Shown piece by piece: positions 1 through 8,642 of a DNA stretch of 15,907 nt (within the stretch, counting starts at the first letter, position 1; every line of letters begins with the position of its first letter). The position numbers were made by a program, and so were the translations under genes. The notes beneath the pieces are model-generated. The model ran no database searches and was not told where the DNA came from. It saw only the letters and a list, made by a program, of their open reading frames with translations. Origin of the DNA: Gemmatimonadota bacterium (GTDB lineage Bacteria; Latescibacterota; UBA2968; UBA8231); the NCBI GenBank assembly GCA_038153405.1, contig JAYOYH010000063.1, positions 1-15,907 of the forward strand, given 5' to 3'.

Positions 1-44
1 CCTGATCCGTAGTCAGGTGCTCTATCCAATTGAGCTATGGGTGC
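1..44 (-). tRNA. tRNA-Arg(ACG), 5' portion; the 3' part runs off the window
   Basis: The reverse complement reads GCACCCA TA GCTC AATTGGATA GAGC A CCTGA CT ACG GA TCAGG. This gives the acceptor 5' strand, a D-arm (GCTC/GAGC) and an anticodon stem (CCTGA/TCAGG) with anticodon ACG at 8-10. Confidence 0.95.
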
Positions 45-62
45 GCTCAAATTCAAGGACAA

Positions 63-91
63 AAAATAAGGGCGATCTGTGCCTTCGTCAA
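63..91 (-). promoter_or_regulatory. sigma70-type promoter for the tRNA
   Basis: Minus strand TTGACG (91-86), a 17-nt spacer, then TATTTT (68-63), ending 18 nt upstream of the mature tRNA 5' end. Confidence 0.7.
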
Positions 92-106
92 GAGCGCCGG
101 CGCCTG

Positions 107-1822
107 CTACTCGTCGAGCACGGCGCGCACCTTCTCGGCCAGCGCATCCAGCGAAAAGGGCTTCTGCAAAAAGTTCATCCCCGGCTCCAAGACATAGGTC
201 GTCAAAACGACATTGTCCGTATAGCCCGACATGTAGAGCACTTTGGACTGGGGCATAACCGGCTCTAATAGTTCGATCATTTCCGGTCCGCTCATCTTGG
301 GCATGACAACATCGGTGAGAATCAGATGGATATCGCCTGTATACTGCTCGCACACCCGCATGGCATCCATCGGATCTTCGCCTTCCAACACGGTATAGCC
401 GCACTGCTCCAACGAGTGCTTGCATAACTTGCGCACAGACTCGTCGTCCTCCACCAACAAAATCGTCTCATCGCCGCCGCTGTGTACCTGCGCGCGCGGT
501 AACTCTTTTACGCGAATTTCCGAATCAGCGTGTGGCAGGTAGAACTTAAAAACCGTGCCTTTACCCATTTCGCTATAGACCCAGATATACCCGCCGCTCT
601 GCTTAATGATGCCGTATACCGTCGACAGGCCCAACCCTGTCCCCTTGCCGCGCGCTTTGGTAGTGAAAAACGGGTCAAAAATGCGCTGTTGCGTGGCGAC
701 ATCCATGCCCGTACCCGTATCGGTGACGGCAACCATCGTATACGGTCCGTAGGCACCGGCTTTTACCACATCGTGCTGCATGGAATAGCTCTCGTCCATG
801 ACGACGTTTTGCGTTTCCACAACAAACTTGCCACCGTCCGGCATGGCGTCGCGTGCGTTGACGGCGAGATTCATAATGACCTGTTCGATTTGACCCGGAT
901 CGGCCTTTACTAGCCCCACCTGCGGATCGAGCACCGTCTCTAATTCGATGTCCTCGCCAATCAGCCGCCCGAGCATTTTTTCCAGCCGCCCGATAATCTC
1001 GTTGAGATTAATCACCTGCGCCTGCAGCACCTGGCGCCGGCTAAAGGCCAAAAGCTGGCGCGTCAGCGAAACGGCCCCGTCGCTTGCCTGTTCAATTTCC
1101 TTGAGGTTTTCTTGCACCACATGATCGGATGGCAGCAGACTCATGGCCAGCGAATTGTTGCCCGTAATGAGCATGAGCAGATTATTGAAGTCGTGCGCCA
1201 CGCCGCCGGCCAGCACGCCGATCGCCTCCATCTTCTGCGACTGCTGTAGCTGCTCTTCCAAACCGGCGCGCTCGTCTTCGGTTTTGCGCAGCTCTTCGCT
1301 CTGTTTGGCGAGCTCGCGCGTGCGCAACTGCACCTGTTCGGCTAGCTCGCCGTTGAGTTTTTCCAACTGATCGAGCATATAGTTGATGGACAGAGCCAGA
1401 CGGCCGATTTCGCCTTCGGGATTACCCACTGGCGTGCGCTCGCTCAAATCGCCGTGCGCAATGCGCTCGGTAGCATTGATCACCGTTTTCAGCGGGCGCG
1501 TCACGATACTGCCTATGAGATATATCGCCAGTAGACCAGCAATAAACGTGACCAAACTGACGACGACGAGGTCACTCCGGACGCGCGCCGCCCTTTCGCC
1601 CGCCATGGCGACGGCTTCCTCGATTGCAGCGGCGTTGACATCGGACGCGCTCTGTGCAGCCGACACAAGCACACGCCGCTCGCGTTCTTCATACCACATG
1701 GGATAGAAAACCGATACAGAAGCAGCGAGCAGGGCGAGGACTAAGCCACTCAGTAGCGTAAGGCGGATGCGAAGAGAGTACGCAGAAAGGCGTGAAGCTG
1801 TATTTGGTGCGCTATGACTCAT
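107..1822 (-). CDS. Hybrid sensor histidine kinase/response regulator (2 TM, HAMP, HisKA, HATPase_c, REC; CckA-like)
   Basis: Two hydrophobic segments; HAMP (TRPLKTV...EIGRLA); H-box AGGVAHDFNNLL; N-box NLAVNARDAM; G1 DTGTGM; F-box FDPFFTTK; G2 GTGLGL; receiver with LLVEDD, LTDVVMP and KPF. Confidence 0.93.
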   Translation of the reverse strand: MSHSAPNTASRLSAYSLRIRLTLLSGLVLALLAASVSVFYPMWYEERERRVLVSAAQSASDVNAAAIEEAVAMAGERAARVRSDLVVVSLVTFIAGLLAIYLIGSIVTRPLKTVINATERIAHGDLSERTPVGNPEGEIGRLALSINYMLDQLEKLNGELAEQVQLRTRELAKQSEELRKTEDERAGLEEQLQQSQKMEAIGVLAGGVAHDFNNLLMLITGNNSLAMSLLPSDHVVQENLKEIEQASDGAVSLTRQLLAFSRRQVLQAQVINLNEIIGRLEKMLGRLIGEDIELETVLDPQVGLVKADPGQIEQVIMNLAVNARDAMPDGGKFVVETQNVVMDESYSMQHDVVKAGAYGPYTMVAVTDTGTGMDVATQQRIFDPFFTTKARGKGTGLGLSTVYGIIKQSGGYIWVYSEMGKGTVFKFYLPHADSEIRVKELPRAQVHSGGDETILLVEDDESVRKLCKHSLEQCGYTVLEGEDPMDAMRVCEQYTGDIHLILTDVVMPKMSGPEMIELLEPVMPQSKVLYMSGYTDNVVLTTYVLEPGMNFLQKPFSLDALAEKVRAVLDE

Positions 1823-1881
1823 GGGGTACCTAAGCAGCTAGGTTAGCATCCGTGACGGACAATGCAGCCAGAACACCGGTT

Positions 1882-1890
1882 AATATAGCA
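1882..1890 (-). promoter_or_regulatory. Possible extended -10 promoter for the histidine kinase
   Basis: Minus strand TGCTATATT (TGn plus TATATT) in an AT-rich patch of the 1823-1927 intergenic region. No well-spaced -35 element. Confidence 0.35.
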
Positions 1891-1927
1891 TAATTATCAA
1901 ACGGACGCGCCAAACAGCGGGGGCGCA

Positions 1928-3082
1928 TCAGGCCAGCGCCTCGAGATACTTATAGCCGCTGCCCGTGTTAAACAGTACGATGCGCTCGTCGCCAGAGACC
2001 CTACCTCGCTCCTTCAGAGCGAGCAGTGCCGCCAGCGTTGCGCCCCCCTCGGGCGCGGGGAAAATACCCGTATACGCGGCGATGCGGTGGGACTGTTCGA
2101 CGAGGGCACTATCGCTGACGGCAATGGCCGTACCGCCGCTGGCGCGCAGCGCGCGCAGCATGAGAAAATCGCCGACGGCTGCTGGAACGCGCAAACCCGA
2201 AGCGACCGTGTGGGCTCCCGTCCACATTTCGGCTCCCTCGTCACCGCGTTCAAAGGCGCGCACGATGGGCGCACAGCCCTCGGCCTGAACCGACACCATG
2301 CGCGGCCGCTGGCTACCGATCAGTCCCATACATTCCATTTCTTCAAAGGCCTTCCACATGCCAATAAGGCCCGTGCCACCACCCGTTGGATAGACGATGA
2401 CGTCGGGGAGCTGCCAATCGAACTGCTCGGCCAATTCGTAGCCCATGGTCTTCTTGCCCTCTACGCGGTAGGGCTCTTTGAGCGTAGATACGTCAAACCA
2501 TCCTTCGCTCTCTTTGCGCGCGGCGACGATCTTGCCGCAGTCGCTTATAAGGCCGTCGACCATTTCCACTGTCGCCCCGCTCGAACGGCATTCAATAGCA
2601 AAGGCCGATGGCGTATCGCGTGGCATAAATACAAACGCTGGCAAGCCACAGGCCGCCGCATAGGCGGCGAGCGCACCGCCGGCGTTACCCGCCGTGGGGA
2701 TGGCCAACGCGCGCGCGCCGCGCGCACGCGCTGCGCTCACAGCAGCGGAAAGACCGCGCGCTTTAAACGAGCCGGTGGGATTGAGCGATTCGTCTTTGAT
2801 ATAGAGATTGGTAAAGCCCGCCCACGCACCGAGGCGCTCGACTCTGTGTAGCGGCGTAAACCCTTCGCCGAGCGAAACGATTTCATCGGTAGAGCGTATG
2901 GGCATTACTTCTCGATAGCGCCACATCGTAGGCGCGCGCTCCTTTAGGGCATCCGGTCGCAGCGTGGCAGCAGCCTTTTCCAGGTCGTAGCGCGCCAGCA
3001 GAGGTGCGCCGAGCGCAGAGAGATTATGCAACTCAGCAGCATCATAGGTGCTGCCATCCCGGGCGCATTCGAGATGGGTCAT
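1928..3082 (-). CDS. thrC: Threonine synthase (PLP-dependent, fold type II)
   Basis: Motifs SLGEGFTPL, KDESLNPTGSFKARG (PLP lysine), TAGNAG, EGKKT, YPTGGGTG, PEGGA and FNTGSGYKY. The true start is ATG 3082 (ATGA overlap with the nadD stop) or 3088; the ORF extension to 3460 overlaps nadD and looks spurious. Confidence 0.88.
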   Translation of the reverse strand: MTHLECARDGSTYDAAELHNLSALGAPLLARYDLEKAAATLRPDALKERAPTMWRYREVMPIRSTDEIVSLGEGFTPLHRVERLGAWAGFTNLYIKDESLNPTGSFKARGLSAAVSAARARGARALAIPTAGNAGGALAAYAAACGLPAFVFMPRDTPSAFAIECRSSGATVEMVDGLISDCGKIVAARKESEGWFDVSTLKEPYRVEGKKTMGYELAEQFDWQLPDVIVYPTGGGTGLIGMWKAFEEMECMGLIGSQRPRMVSVQAEGCAPIVRAFERGDEGAEMWTGAHTVASGLRVPAAVGDFLMLRALRASGGTAIAVSDSALVEQSHRIAAYTGIFPAPEGGATLAALLALKERGRVSGDERIVLFNTGSGYKYLEALA

Positions 3083-3663
3083 GTGCATGGGGTATAGAGT
3101 CCTTTTTCGCGAATGTAGCGCTCGACCGCATCGGGCACCATGGCCCGTACAGGCAAACCGCTGTGCAGGCGTTGGCGGATCTTCGTCGAGGACAGCTCGA
3201 TAAGTGGCGTATCGATAAAGTGCATGTGCCGCACCAATTCGGGGTCGACCTCGGCCTGTTCTGCGAGGCGCTGACCAGCTACCACAGTACACAGAGACAA
3301 GATGCCCTGCGGATCGTGCCACGTCGACATATGCGCGACATTGTCGCTGCCAATCACTAGGAAAAATGCGCTGTCGGGATATCGTTGATGCAGCTGGCGC
3401 AGCGTATCGACCGTATACGATTTGCCCGGACGATCCAACTCGATGCGCGAGGCAGAGCACGATGTGAGATCGGCAATTGCCAGTTCGACCATGGCGAAGC
3501 GGTCGTTGGAGTCGGCGTGCGTGCTGTCTTTATGAGGAGGGTCTGCGGCGGGAATAAAAACGATTTCATCGAGGGCTAGCGCCTCGCAGGCAAACAGCGC
3601 CAGCAGCACGTGCCCGTTGTGAACGGGATCAAACGTGCCGCCGATCAATCCGATGCGCTGCAC
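3079..3663 (-). CDS. nadD: Nicotinate-nucleotide adenylyltransferase
   Basis: Motifs GGTFDPVHNGH (HxGH), PPHK, SYTVDTL, IGSD, W(H)D and SSTKIR. Confidence 0.95.
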   Translation of the reverse strand: MQRIGLIGGTFDPVHNGHVLLALFACEALALDEIVFIPAADPPHKDSTHADSNDRFAMVELAIADLTSCSASRIELDRPGKSYTVDTLRQLHQRYPDSAFFLVIGSDNVAHMSTWHDPQGILSLCTVVAGQRLAEQAEVDPELVRHMHFIDTPLIELSSTKIRQRLHSGLPVRAMVPDAVERYIREKGLYTPCT

Positions 3664-3667
3664 CGCA

Positions 3668-4414
3668 CTACCCCGCCGAGGCGTTTAGCTGCGAGAGCGC
3701 TTCCTGCACTTCTTTCTTTAACTTGGCGTCTTCGCTGTCGCGCAGCACTTCTTCCCAGTGCTGCACGGCGCCATCAATGTTGTCTTCTGCACGGTCCAGT
3801 TCGCCTAGGCGAAACAGCGTGTAATAATACCAGGTCGTATCGGGATAGTCGCGCAACACGTCCTGAAAGGAAATGCGCGCCGCTTCCAAATAGCCCTGCC
3901 TCTGGTAGAGATAGGCACTGCGATAAATCTTCTCGGCCAGATTGTTGCGGCAGGTGACAATGCGCTCGCGCGCCGTCTCGACTAGCGACGAAGACGGATT
4001 GTCCTCGATGAAGTTGCGGAAGGCCATTAGCGCATCAAACGTTTCTTTCTGATCTAGGGCTGGCCGGCGCATTTGCTTAAAGTAGGACTCGCCTATTTTA
4101 AACTGCGCCTCTTCGGCCCACTGGCTAGCTGGATAGATATCGATGAGGCGCTGGTACTCGAAAGAGGCGTTTACGTAATCTTCGCTGCAAAAAAAGGATT
4201 CGGCCAGCAGATACTGCGACTCCGTGACGCGCTGCGAACCGGGGAAGTTGCTGACCAAACGCTGAAAGTGTTCGGACGCCTCCACGCAGCGCTTTTTCGC
4301 AAAGGCCTTTTGACCCTCGTCATAGTAGTAATCAGCGCCTTGCAACTTTTCCGGCGTGCTCGCACAGGCCGTTAAATAGCCAGCGACAGCGATAAGGGCA
4401 AAATATATAAGCAT
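3668..4414 (-). CDS. bamD: Outer membrane protein assembly factor BamD (TPR lipoprotein)
   Basis: Lipobox LTAC, five TPR-like units (FPGS, YPAS, NPSS and YPDT turns), the BamD-typical 'LDQKETFDA...F' segment, and a position next to nadD. Confidence 0.88.
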   Translation of the reverse strand: MLIYFALIAVAGYLTACASTPEKLQGADYYYDEGQKAFAKKRCVEASEHFQRLVSNFPGSQRVTESQYLLAESFFCSEDYVNASFEYQRLIDIYPASQWAEEAQFKIGESYFKQMRRPALDQKETFDALMAFRNFIEDNPSSSLVETARERIVTCRNNLAEKIYRSAYLYQRQGYLEAARISFQDVLRDYPDTTWYYYTLFRLGELDRAEDNIDGAVQHWEEVLRDSEDAKLKKEVQEALSQLNASAG

Positions 4415-4420
4415 AGGTAG

Positions 4421-5059
4421 TTAGCGATTGGAAAAGAATAGGTAGATTAGTCCGCCGAGCACAGTCGAGACGACCATGGGTTCGACGAACTTACTCCAGC
4501 TTTGTTCCTCTACTTCGGTCTGGGCAAATTTATAGGTTGAGTGCTGGAGTATTTCGAGTTGGTTTTTAGGTATGCGATCGGCGCGCAAGCGCGTGACTTC
4601 GTCCTGCCAGTAGACGATGTGGTCGCTTTCGCGGTTGAGGCGCAGAGCCAACGATGCCCGACTCTGGCGATCGGCGTGCGCGCCTCTTAGACCCGACTGT
4701 GCGGTAATGCCCATATCCAGTATACGAAAGGAAAAACGCATGCTCTCGGACCCGGCATTCGTCGAATCGGCCACTATGGAAAATCCGCGGTCGAGCAGGC
4801 ACTGCGCCAGCACGTGCTCGACCAGCCAGTTGGCATCATGGCGCCCCTGAGCGGCGATAAAGAGGGGAGCATCCGCTGCTTCGGCGGGCACCTCGAGCCC
4901 GGCCAGCGACTCATCGATGGCGTCTTCTACGGCGGCGACCAGGGCATCCATATTGCTCGGATAGGGAGCGATCGCCGCGGCGGAAAACGGGCCTATCAGC
5001 AACAGGGCAATAATCCGCCTCATCCCGCAGCGCAGCGACCGGGAAAATACATGCCCCAT
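4421..5059 (-). CDS. Hypothetical exported protein with a C-terminal membrane anchor
   Basis: The start is ATG 5059 (TAATG overlap with the upstream stop) or ATG 5023 (MRRIIALLLIGPFSAAA, signal-peptide-like). It ends in a hydrophobic helix, VEPMVVSTVLGGLIYLFFSNR. The ORF extension to 5326 overlaps the cpoB-like gene. Confidence 0.8.
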   Translation of the reverse strand: MGHVFSRSLRCGMRRIIALLLIGPFSAAAIAPYPSNMDALVAAVEDAIDESLAGLEVPAEAADAPLFIAAQGRHDANWLVEHVLAQCLLDRGFSIVADSTNAGSESMRFSFRILDMGITAQSGLRGAHADRQSRASLALRLNRESDHIVYWQDEVTRLRADRIPKNQLEILQHSTYKFAQTEVEEQSWSKFVEPMVVSTVLGGLIYLFFSNR

Positions 5060-5757
5060 TACAGGCCGCCGAGATATTTTAGCTCTTTGCGAGCAGTAGC
5101 AACGTATTCGCTTTCGGAGAACTCGTCCAGCAGCTTGCGAAAGGCGGCAATCGCCTGATCGCGCTCGCCAAGTGCTAAGTAGCAACGCCCTACTTTTAGC
5201 TGGGCATCGTCGGCTTTTTCCGTCTTGGAAAAGGCAAAGACCTTGGTGAACTCGGCTAATGCCTGGCGAAATCGTCCTAGCCCGTAGTAGCACTCGCCCT
5301 TCCAATACTGCGCGTTGTCGGCCCACTCACCGTAGGGAGCCGCCGCCAGAACGCGGTCAAACTGCACTACGGCCTGCTCGTACTCCTTTTGGTTGTAGAT
5401 GGCCAGCGCATTCTGATAGAGCGAAAGCGCGTCGTCGGCCCTGTTGCGAATGGCGTCGGGCGGACGCAGCGGACGCGTGTGCAGCGAATCCAAGCGCGCG
5501 CGCAGACTCTGGGTCTCTTCGCGCAGGGCACCCAGTTGCTGGCGCATTTCGGCAGCGCTTTCTTCTGCCTGGCGCAGGCGATCGGCCATGGCGCGCTCGC
5601 GGTCGTACGACGACTCGACGGCTCGCTTGAGCGCCTCGACGTCTTCGCGCTGTTCGTTCTGCCAAGTATCCAAACGCTGGTCTACCTGACCCGGCGTTGC
5701 GCAAGCGGCCCAGCCCAGCAGGAGAGCACAAAGAGGTATTTTTGCGTGCATAGACAT
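5059..5757 (-). CDS. cpoB: Tol-Pal system protein YbgF/CpoB-like lipoprotein (coiled coil plus 3 TPR)
   Basis: Signal peptide with lipobox-like WAAC, an N-terminal coiled coil, and the CpoB-type motifs ADNAQYWKGECYY, KADDAQLKVG and FSESEY. Confidence 0.8.
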   Translation of the reverse strand: MSMHAKIPLCALLLGWAACATPGQVDQRLDTWQNEQREDVEALKRAVESSYDRERAMADRLRQAEESAAEMRQQLGALREETQSLRARLDSLHTRPLRPPDAIRNRADDALSLYQNALAIYNQKEYEQAVVQFDRVLAAAPYGEWADNAQYWKGECYYGLGRFRQALAEFTKVFAFSKTEKADDAQLKVGRCYLALGERDQAIAAFRKLLDEFSESEYVATARKELKYLGGL

Positions 5758-5799
5758 GCTAAAAATATAAGGCCTCTTGCAAGCGCAGACCAGATATCG

Positions 5800-5816
5800 G
5801 CGCCGCAGCGCGGCGC
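5800..5816. other. GC-rich hairpin just after the cyclase stop codon
   Basis: GCGCCGC-AGC-GCGGCGC inverted repeat. There is no U-tract on the minus strand, so it is not a canonical terminator for the cyclase. Confidence 0.35.
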
Positions 5817-5817
5817 T

Positions 5818-8598
5818 TTATTTGCTCTCTGCGCGAAATACCAAGTCCTCGGGGGGATTGAGCGCAAACTCCTCGCAGCGATCGGCGTAGAGGGCAGACG
5901 GTCCGTCGTCCGGCACAATTTTTAACGCATCTTCAAAAAACGCGCGCGCCTCGTTGAATTCGTATTTCCAGTAGGCTTCCAGACCGCTCTTGTAGAGCGC
6001 CAATACCTGCATCATTTCCTCGTTCAATTCGCCCTTGCGCTCCAGCACTTCGTAGGCGACGACGGGCTCTTCCTTACCGACGACCTGAATCAAGTCGAGT
6101 TGGCGCGCTTCGATCAAATCCTTTACCTGCTCATAGATCTGATCGTTTACCATGATATTGGTGCCATAAATTTTCTGTCCGCTTTCAAAGCGTGCGGCGA
6201 GGTTCACAGTATCGCCCATCATGGTGTAGTCGGTGCGGCTGCGCGATCCCATATTGCCGACGATCATTGGACCAGCCGTGATGCCAATGCGCACCTGTGC
6301 GAAGGTGCGCCCCTGACCCTGCCAGCGGTCGCGCAGTTCTTCGAGACGCGGCGGAATGGCGCCCGGCTCGTTCCAGCGCTTGCGCAACTCGACAAGCATT
6401 TTCTGCTGGTCGATGCAGGCCATCACCGCCCGCGTCGCATGATCGTCGTAATAGAGCGGCGCACCGAAGAATGCAACGATGGCATCGCCTTCGAATTTGT
6501 CGATGGTTCCGCCGTAGCCCTCGATTATATCGCACATCTCGGTGAGATAGCCGTTGATAAAATCGACGAGTTCGGCCGGCGTCAAACACTCAGAGATAGT
6601 CGAAAAGCTAGCAATATCGGAGAAGAACGCCGTCATCACGCGCTCTTCGCCGCCTAGCTGATTGACCATGTCCGGGTTTTGCATGATCTGATCGACGACG
6701 GCAGGCGACAGATAGTGACCAAAGGCACCTTGGACGAATTCCTTCTCCTTCTCCTTTATGATGTAACCGTAAATCGTCAGCGCCAGATAGCCCACTACGA
6801 TAGTTAGCATCGGGCCTATAAACTCCAGCCAGAACCCATGCGTGAAGGAGTATAGGACGAGGACGGAGTAGACCGCTCCCAGCGCGCCAATGAGCAAGGC
6901 GCCCTGCAGCACCTTCAGCCGCGGCACGGCCAGCGACATGACCAAGCCCAGCAGTAGAATAAGCGCTACGCGTGTCCATACCGGCGTGCGGCTTATAAAG
7001 GCGTCGGTCAATATGGTATTGAGCACGTTGGAATAGATGCCGACCATGGGATAATTGCCCTGGAACGGGATCACGCTAAGGTCGGTGCTACCCGTTGACG
7101 TCTGCCCGTAGAACAGGATCTTGCCCTGGAGTTCATCCGGCGTGATAAGGCGCCCCTGTGCGCTGCGATAGGGATAGAAGTAGAGCGGACGCGCCTTCTC
7201 TTGGACTTTGCCGTCGACCAAGTGCCGCTGGGCAAAGTAGAGACTCTGCAAGAGATCTTCGCCGTCTTCTTGGGGCATTGCAGCCTGTAGTCCGGCCAGA
7301 TCAATATCGGGATTTTCCTCCAATAGCGCTGCGACGCGGTTGTTGCGGCGTATCTGCTCGTACATCAGGAGCTGCGCTTCTTGGGGCTCTTTGACGCCCT
7401 TTGAAGCCCAAAATGCACCCGCTTCTTGGTCTGGCTGCTTGCGCACGGCCGCTTCAATACCGCCTGCCTGCATCCAGGTCACCAACGCACCGCGCACCGC
7501 GCTCTGATCGTCATAGCCCTGCGCGGCCATCAGCCCGGGCAGGGGGCGCGGATTGCGGCGCAAGGCCGGGTCGTCAACGACCAGTTCCTTTATTTTATCG
7601 AGTAGTTTTTCGCGATCTTCGCGCTGGGCGGCCCGGCGCAGCGCTATGTGCGGATAGCGCACAAAGGTCTCCTCCCAGCGGCCGGTCCAGTTGACATTCA
7701 TCGTGCCGTGCTCGTCGATGGGAATGTTTATATCGCGTACGCTTCCATCGGGAAAGCGCGCATTGGGCAGAAGCACGCGGTCGCCGGGCCACACCTTTAC
7801 ATCGGCTAGATTAACCTGCAGGTGATCACAGGCCACATTCAGAGCAATTGATGGGAATAGAATGTCCTTGTACTGGAAGACCACCGGATAGCGCCTGCGC
7901 GCACCGTCAAAGTCCTCCGTCGTCTGAGCGTAGGAATAACCGCGCGCGGCGTTGCGCAGAACGGAAATGGGCGGTTCGAAATTGGTGGCTCGGCTAATAC
8001 CGCTCTCTTCGACGGGAACCATCAAGCGCGGCGAATTGGCTCGTATGTTTTCGAGCACGCCCTGCTTTTCCGCGTCGAGCGGTGGGTAATTCAGCTCTCC
8101 CTCTGACTCTTCTTCCTGCACGTTGAGGTACTGAGCCAAATACACGTTGTTGGCCTTTTCAATGGCTCGGCCAAAACGCGCATCGTAGTCGGCTTCAGCG
8201 AGCAGCCGTTCTATGCCCTTTTCGTCAATAGATGACAGGCCCCGAATCTGCTTTTCCGTAAGCAGTTTGGTGATGGGTTCGGGATAGTAGATATCAAATC
8301 CAATGCGCTCGGCTCCATATTCACCCATGATGCGCACGACATCGATATACTCAACGCGCGTCCAGTTTTGCCAACGCCCTTCTATTTCCAACGTCTGGTC
8401 GTCGATCTCTATCGTGCCGAGATTCGGATTCATCTGCGGGAGGCCAAAGATGGAATTGCGGATATTGAAGCGCCAGTCATAGCTGACCAACTCCGCGCGC
8501 TCATAGGCTTTAGTCAGGGCAAAAAGCAGTACCAGCAGGCCGACTATGGGTCCCAGATAAAGCTGTAAGCGAGGATCGTCTTTACTTGATGCCGCCAT
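5818..8598 (-). CDS. CHASE2-domain class III adenylate cyclase with C-terminal TPR-like helices
   Basis: N-terminal TM; CHASE2 motifs (YDWRF, IEIDDQTL...GRW..W.R, IGFDIYY, DFDGARRRYP, GKILFYG, GIYSNVLNTIL); three TMs; cyclase motifs FSDIASFS (D661), DKFEGDA (K701, D705) and DYTMMGDTVNLAARFE (T792, N799, R803). RBS GGAGG at 8610-8606. Confidence 0.93.
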   Translation of the reverse strand: MAASSKDDPRLQLYLGPIVGLLVLLFALTKAYERAELVSYDWRFNIRNSIFGLPQMNPNLGTIEIDDQTLEIEGRWQNWTRVEYIDVVRIMGEYGAERIGFDIYYPEPITKLLTEKQIRGLSSIDEKGIERLLAEADYDARFGRAIEKANNVYLAQYLNVQEEESEGELNYPPLDAEKQGVLENIRANSPRLMVPVEESGISRATNFEPPISVLRNAARGYSYAQTTEDFDGARRRYPVVFQYKDILFPSIALNVACDHLQVNLADVKVWPGDRVLLPNARFPDGSVRDINIPIDEHGTMNVNWTGRWEETFVRYPHIALRRAAQREDREKLLDKIKELVVDDPALRRNPRPLPGLMAAQGYDDQSAVRGALVTWMQAGGIEAAVRKQPDQEAGAFWASKGVKEPQEAQLLMYEQIRRNNRVAALLEENPDIDLAGLQAAMPQEDGEDLLQSLYFAQRHLVDGKVQEKARPLYFYPYRSAQGRLITPDELQGKILFYGQTSTGSTDLSVIPFQGNYPMVGIYSNVLNTILTDAFISRTPVWTRVALILLLGLVMSLAVPRLKVLQGALLIGALGAVYSVLVLYSFTHGFWLEFIGPMLTIVVGYLALTIYGYIIKEKEKEFVQGAFGHYLSPAVVDQIMQNPDMVNQLGGEERVMTAFFSDIASFSTISECLTPAELVDFINGYLTEMCDIIEGYGGTIDKFEGDAIVAFFGAPLYYDDHATRAVMACIDQQKMLVELRKRWNEPGAIPPRLEELRDRWQGQGRTFAQVRIGITAGPMIVGNMGSRSRTDYTMMGDTVNLAARFESGQKIYGTNIMVNDQIYEQVKDLIEARQLDLIQVVGKEEPVVAYEVLERKGELNEEMMQVLALYKSGLEAYWKYEFNEARAFFEDALKIVPDDGPSALYADRCEEFALNPPEDLVFRAESK

Positions 8599-8642
8599 GT
8601 GGAGACCTCCCGTAAGGTGAGCGTTTACTGACTTAGTATAAT

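Noticed and set aside
1..106. tRNA as an integration site for a genomic island
   Set aside because: No integrase, transposase or att duplication is visible. The flanking genes are housekeeping, and the tRNA 3' end lies outside the window.
1887..1900. FNR-like site AGCAT-AATT-ATCAA upstream of the kinase
   Set aside because: Only one half-site matches TTGAT-N4-ATCAA, which is expected by chance in an AT-rich spacer.
3083..3460. 126-aa N-terminal extension of the threonine synthase ORF (510 aa), suggesting a fusion or overlapping gene
   Set aside because: It overlaps nadD in another frame and has no protein-like motifs. The ATGA coupling at 3079-3082 gives a normal-length ThrC.
5060..5326. 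N-terminal extension of the 301-aa ORF
   Set aside because: It is an alternative frame inside the cpoB-like gene; better starts exist at 5059 and 5023.
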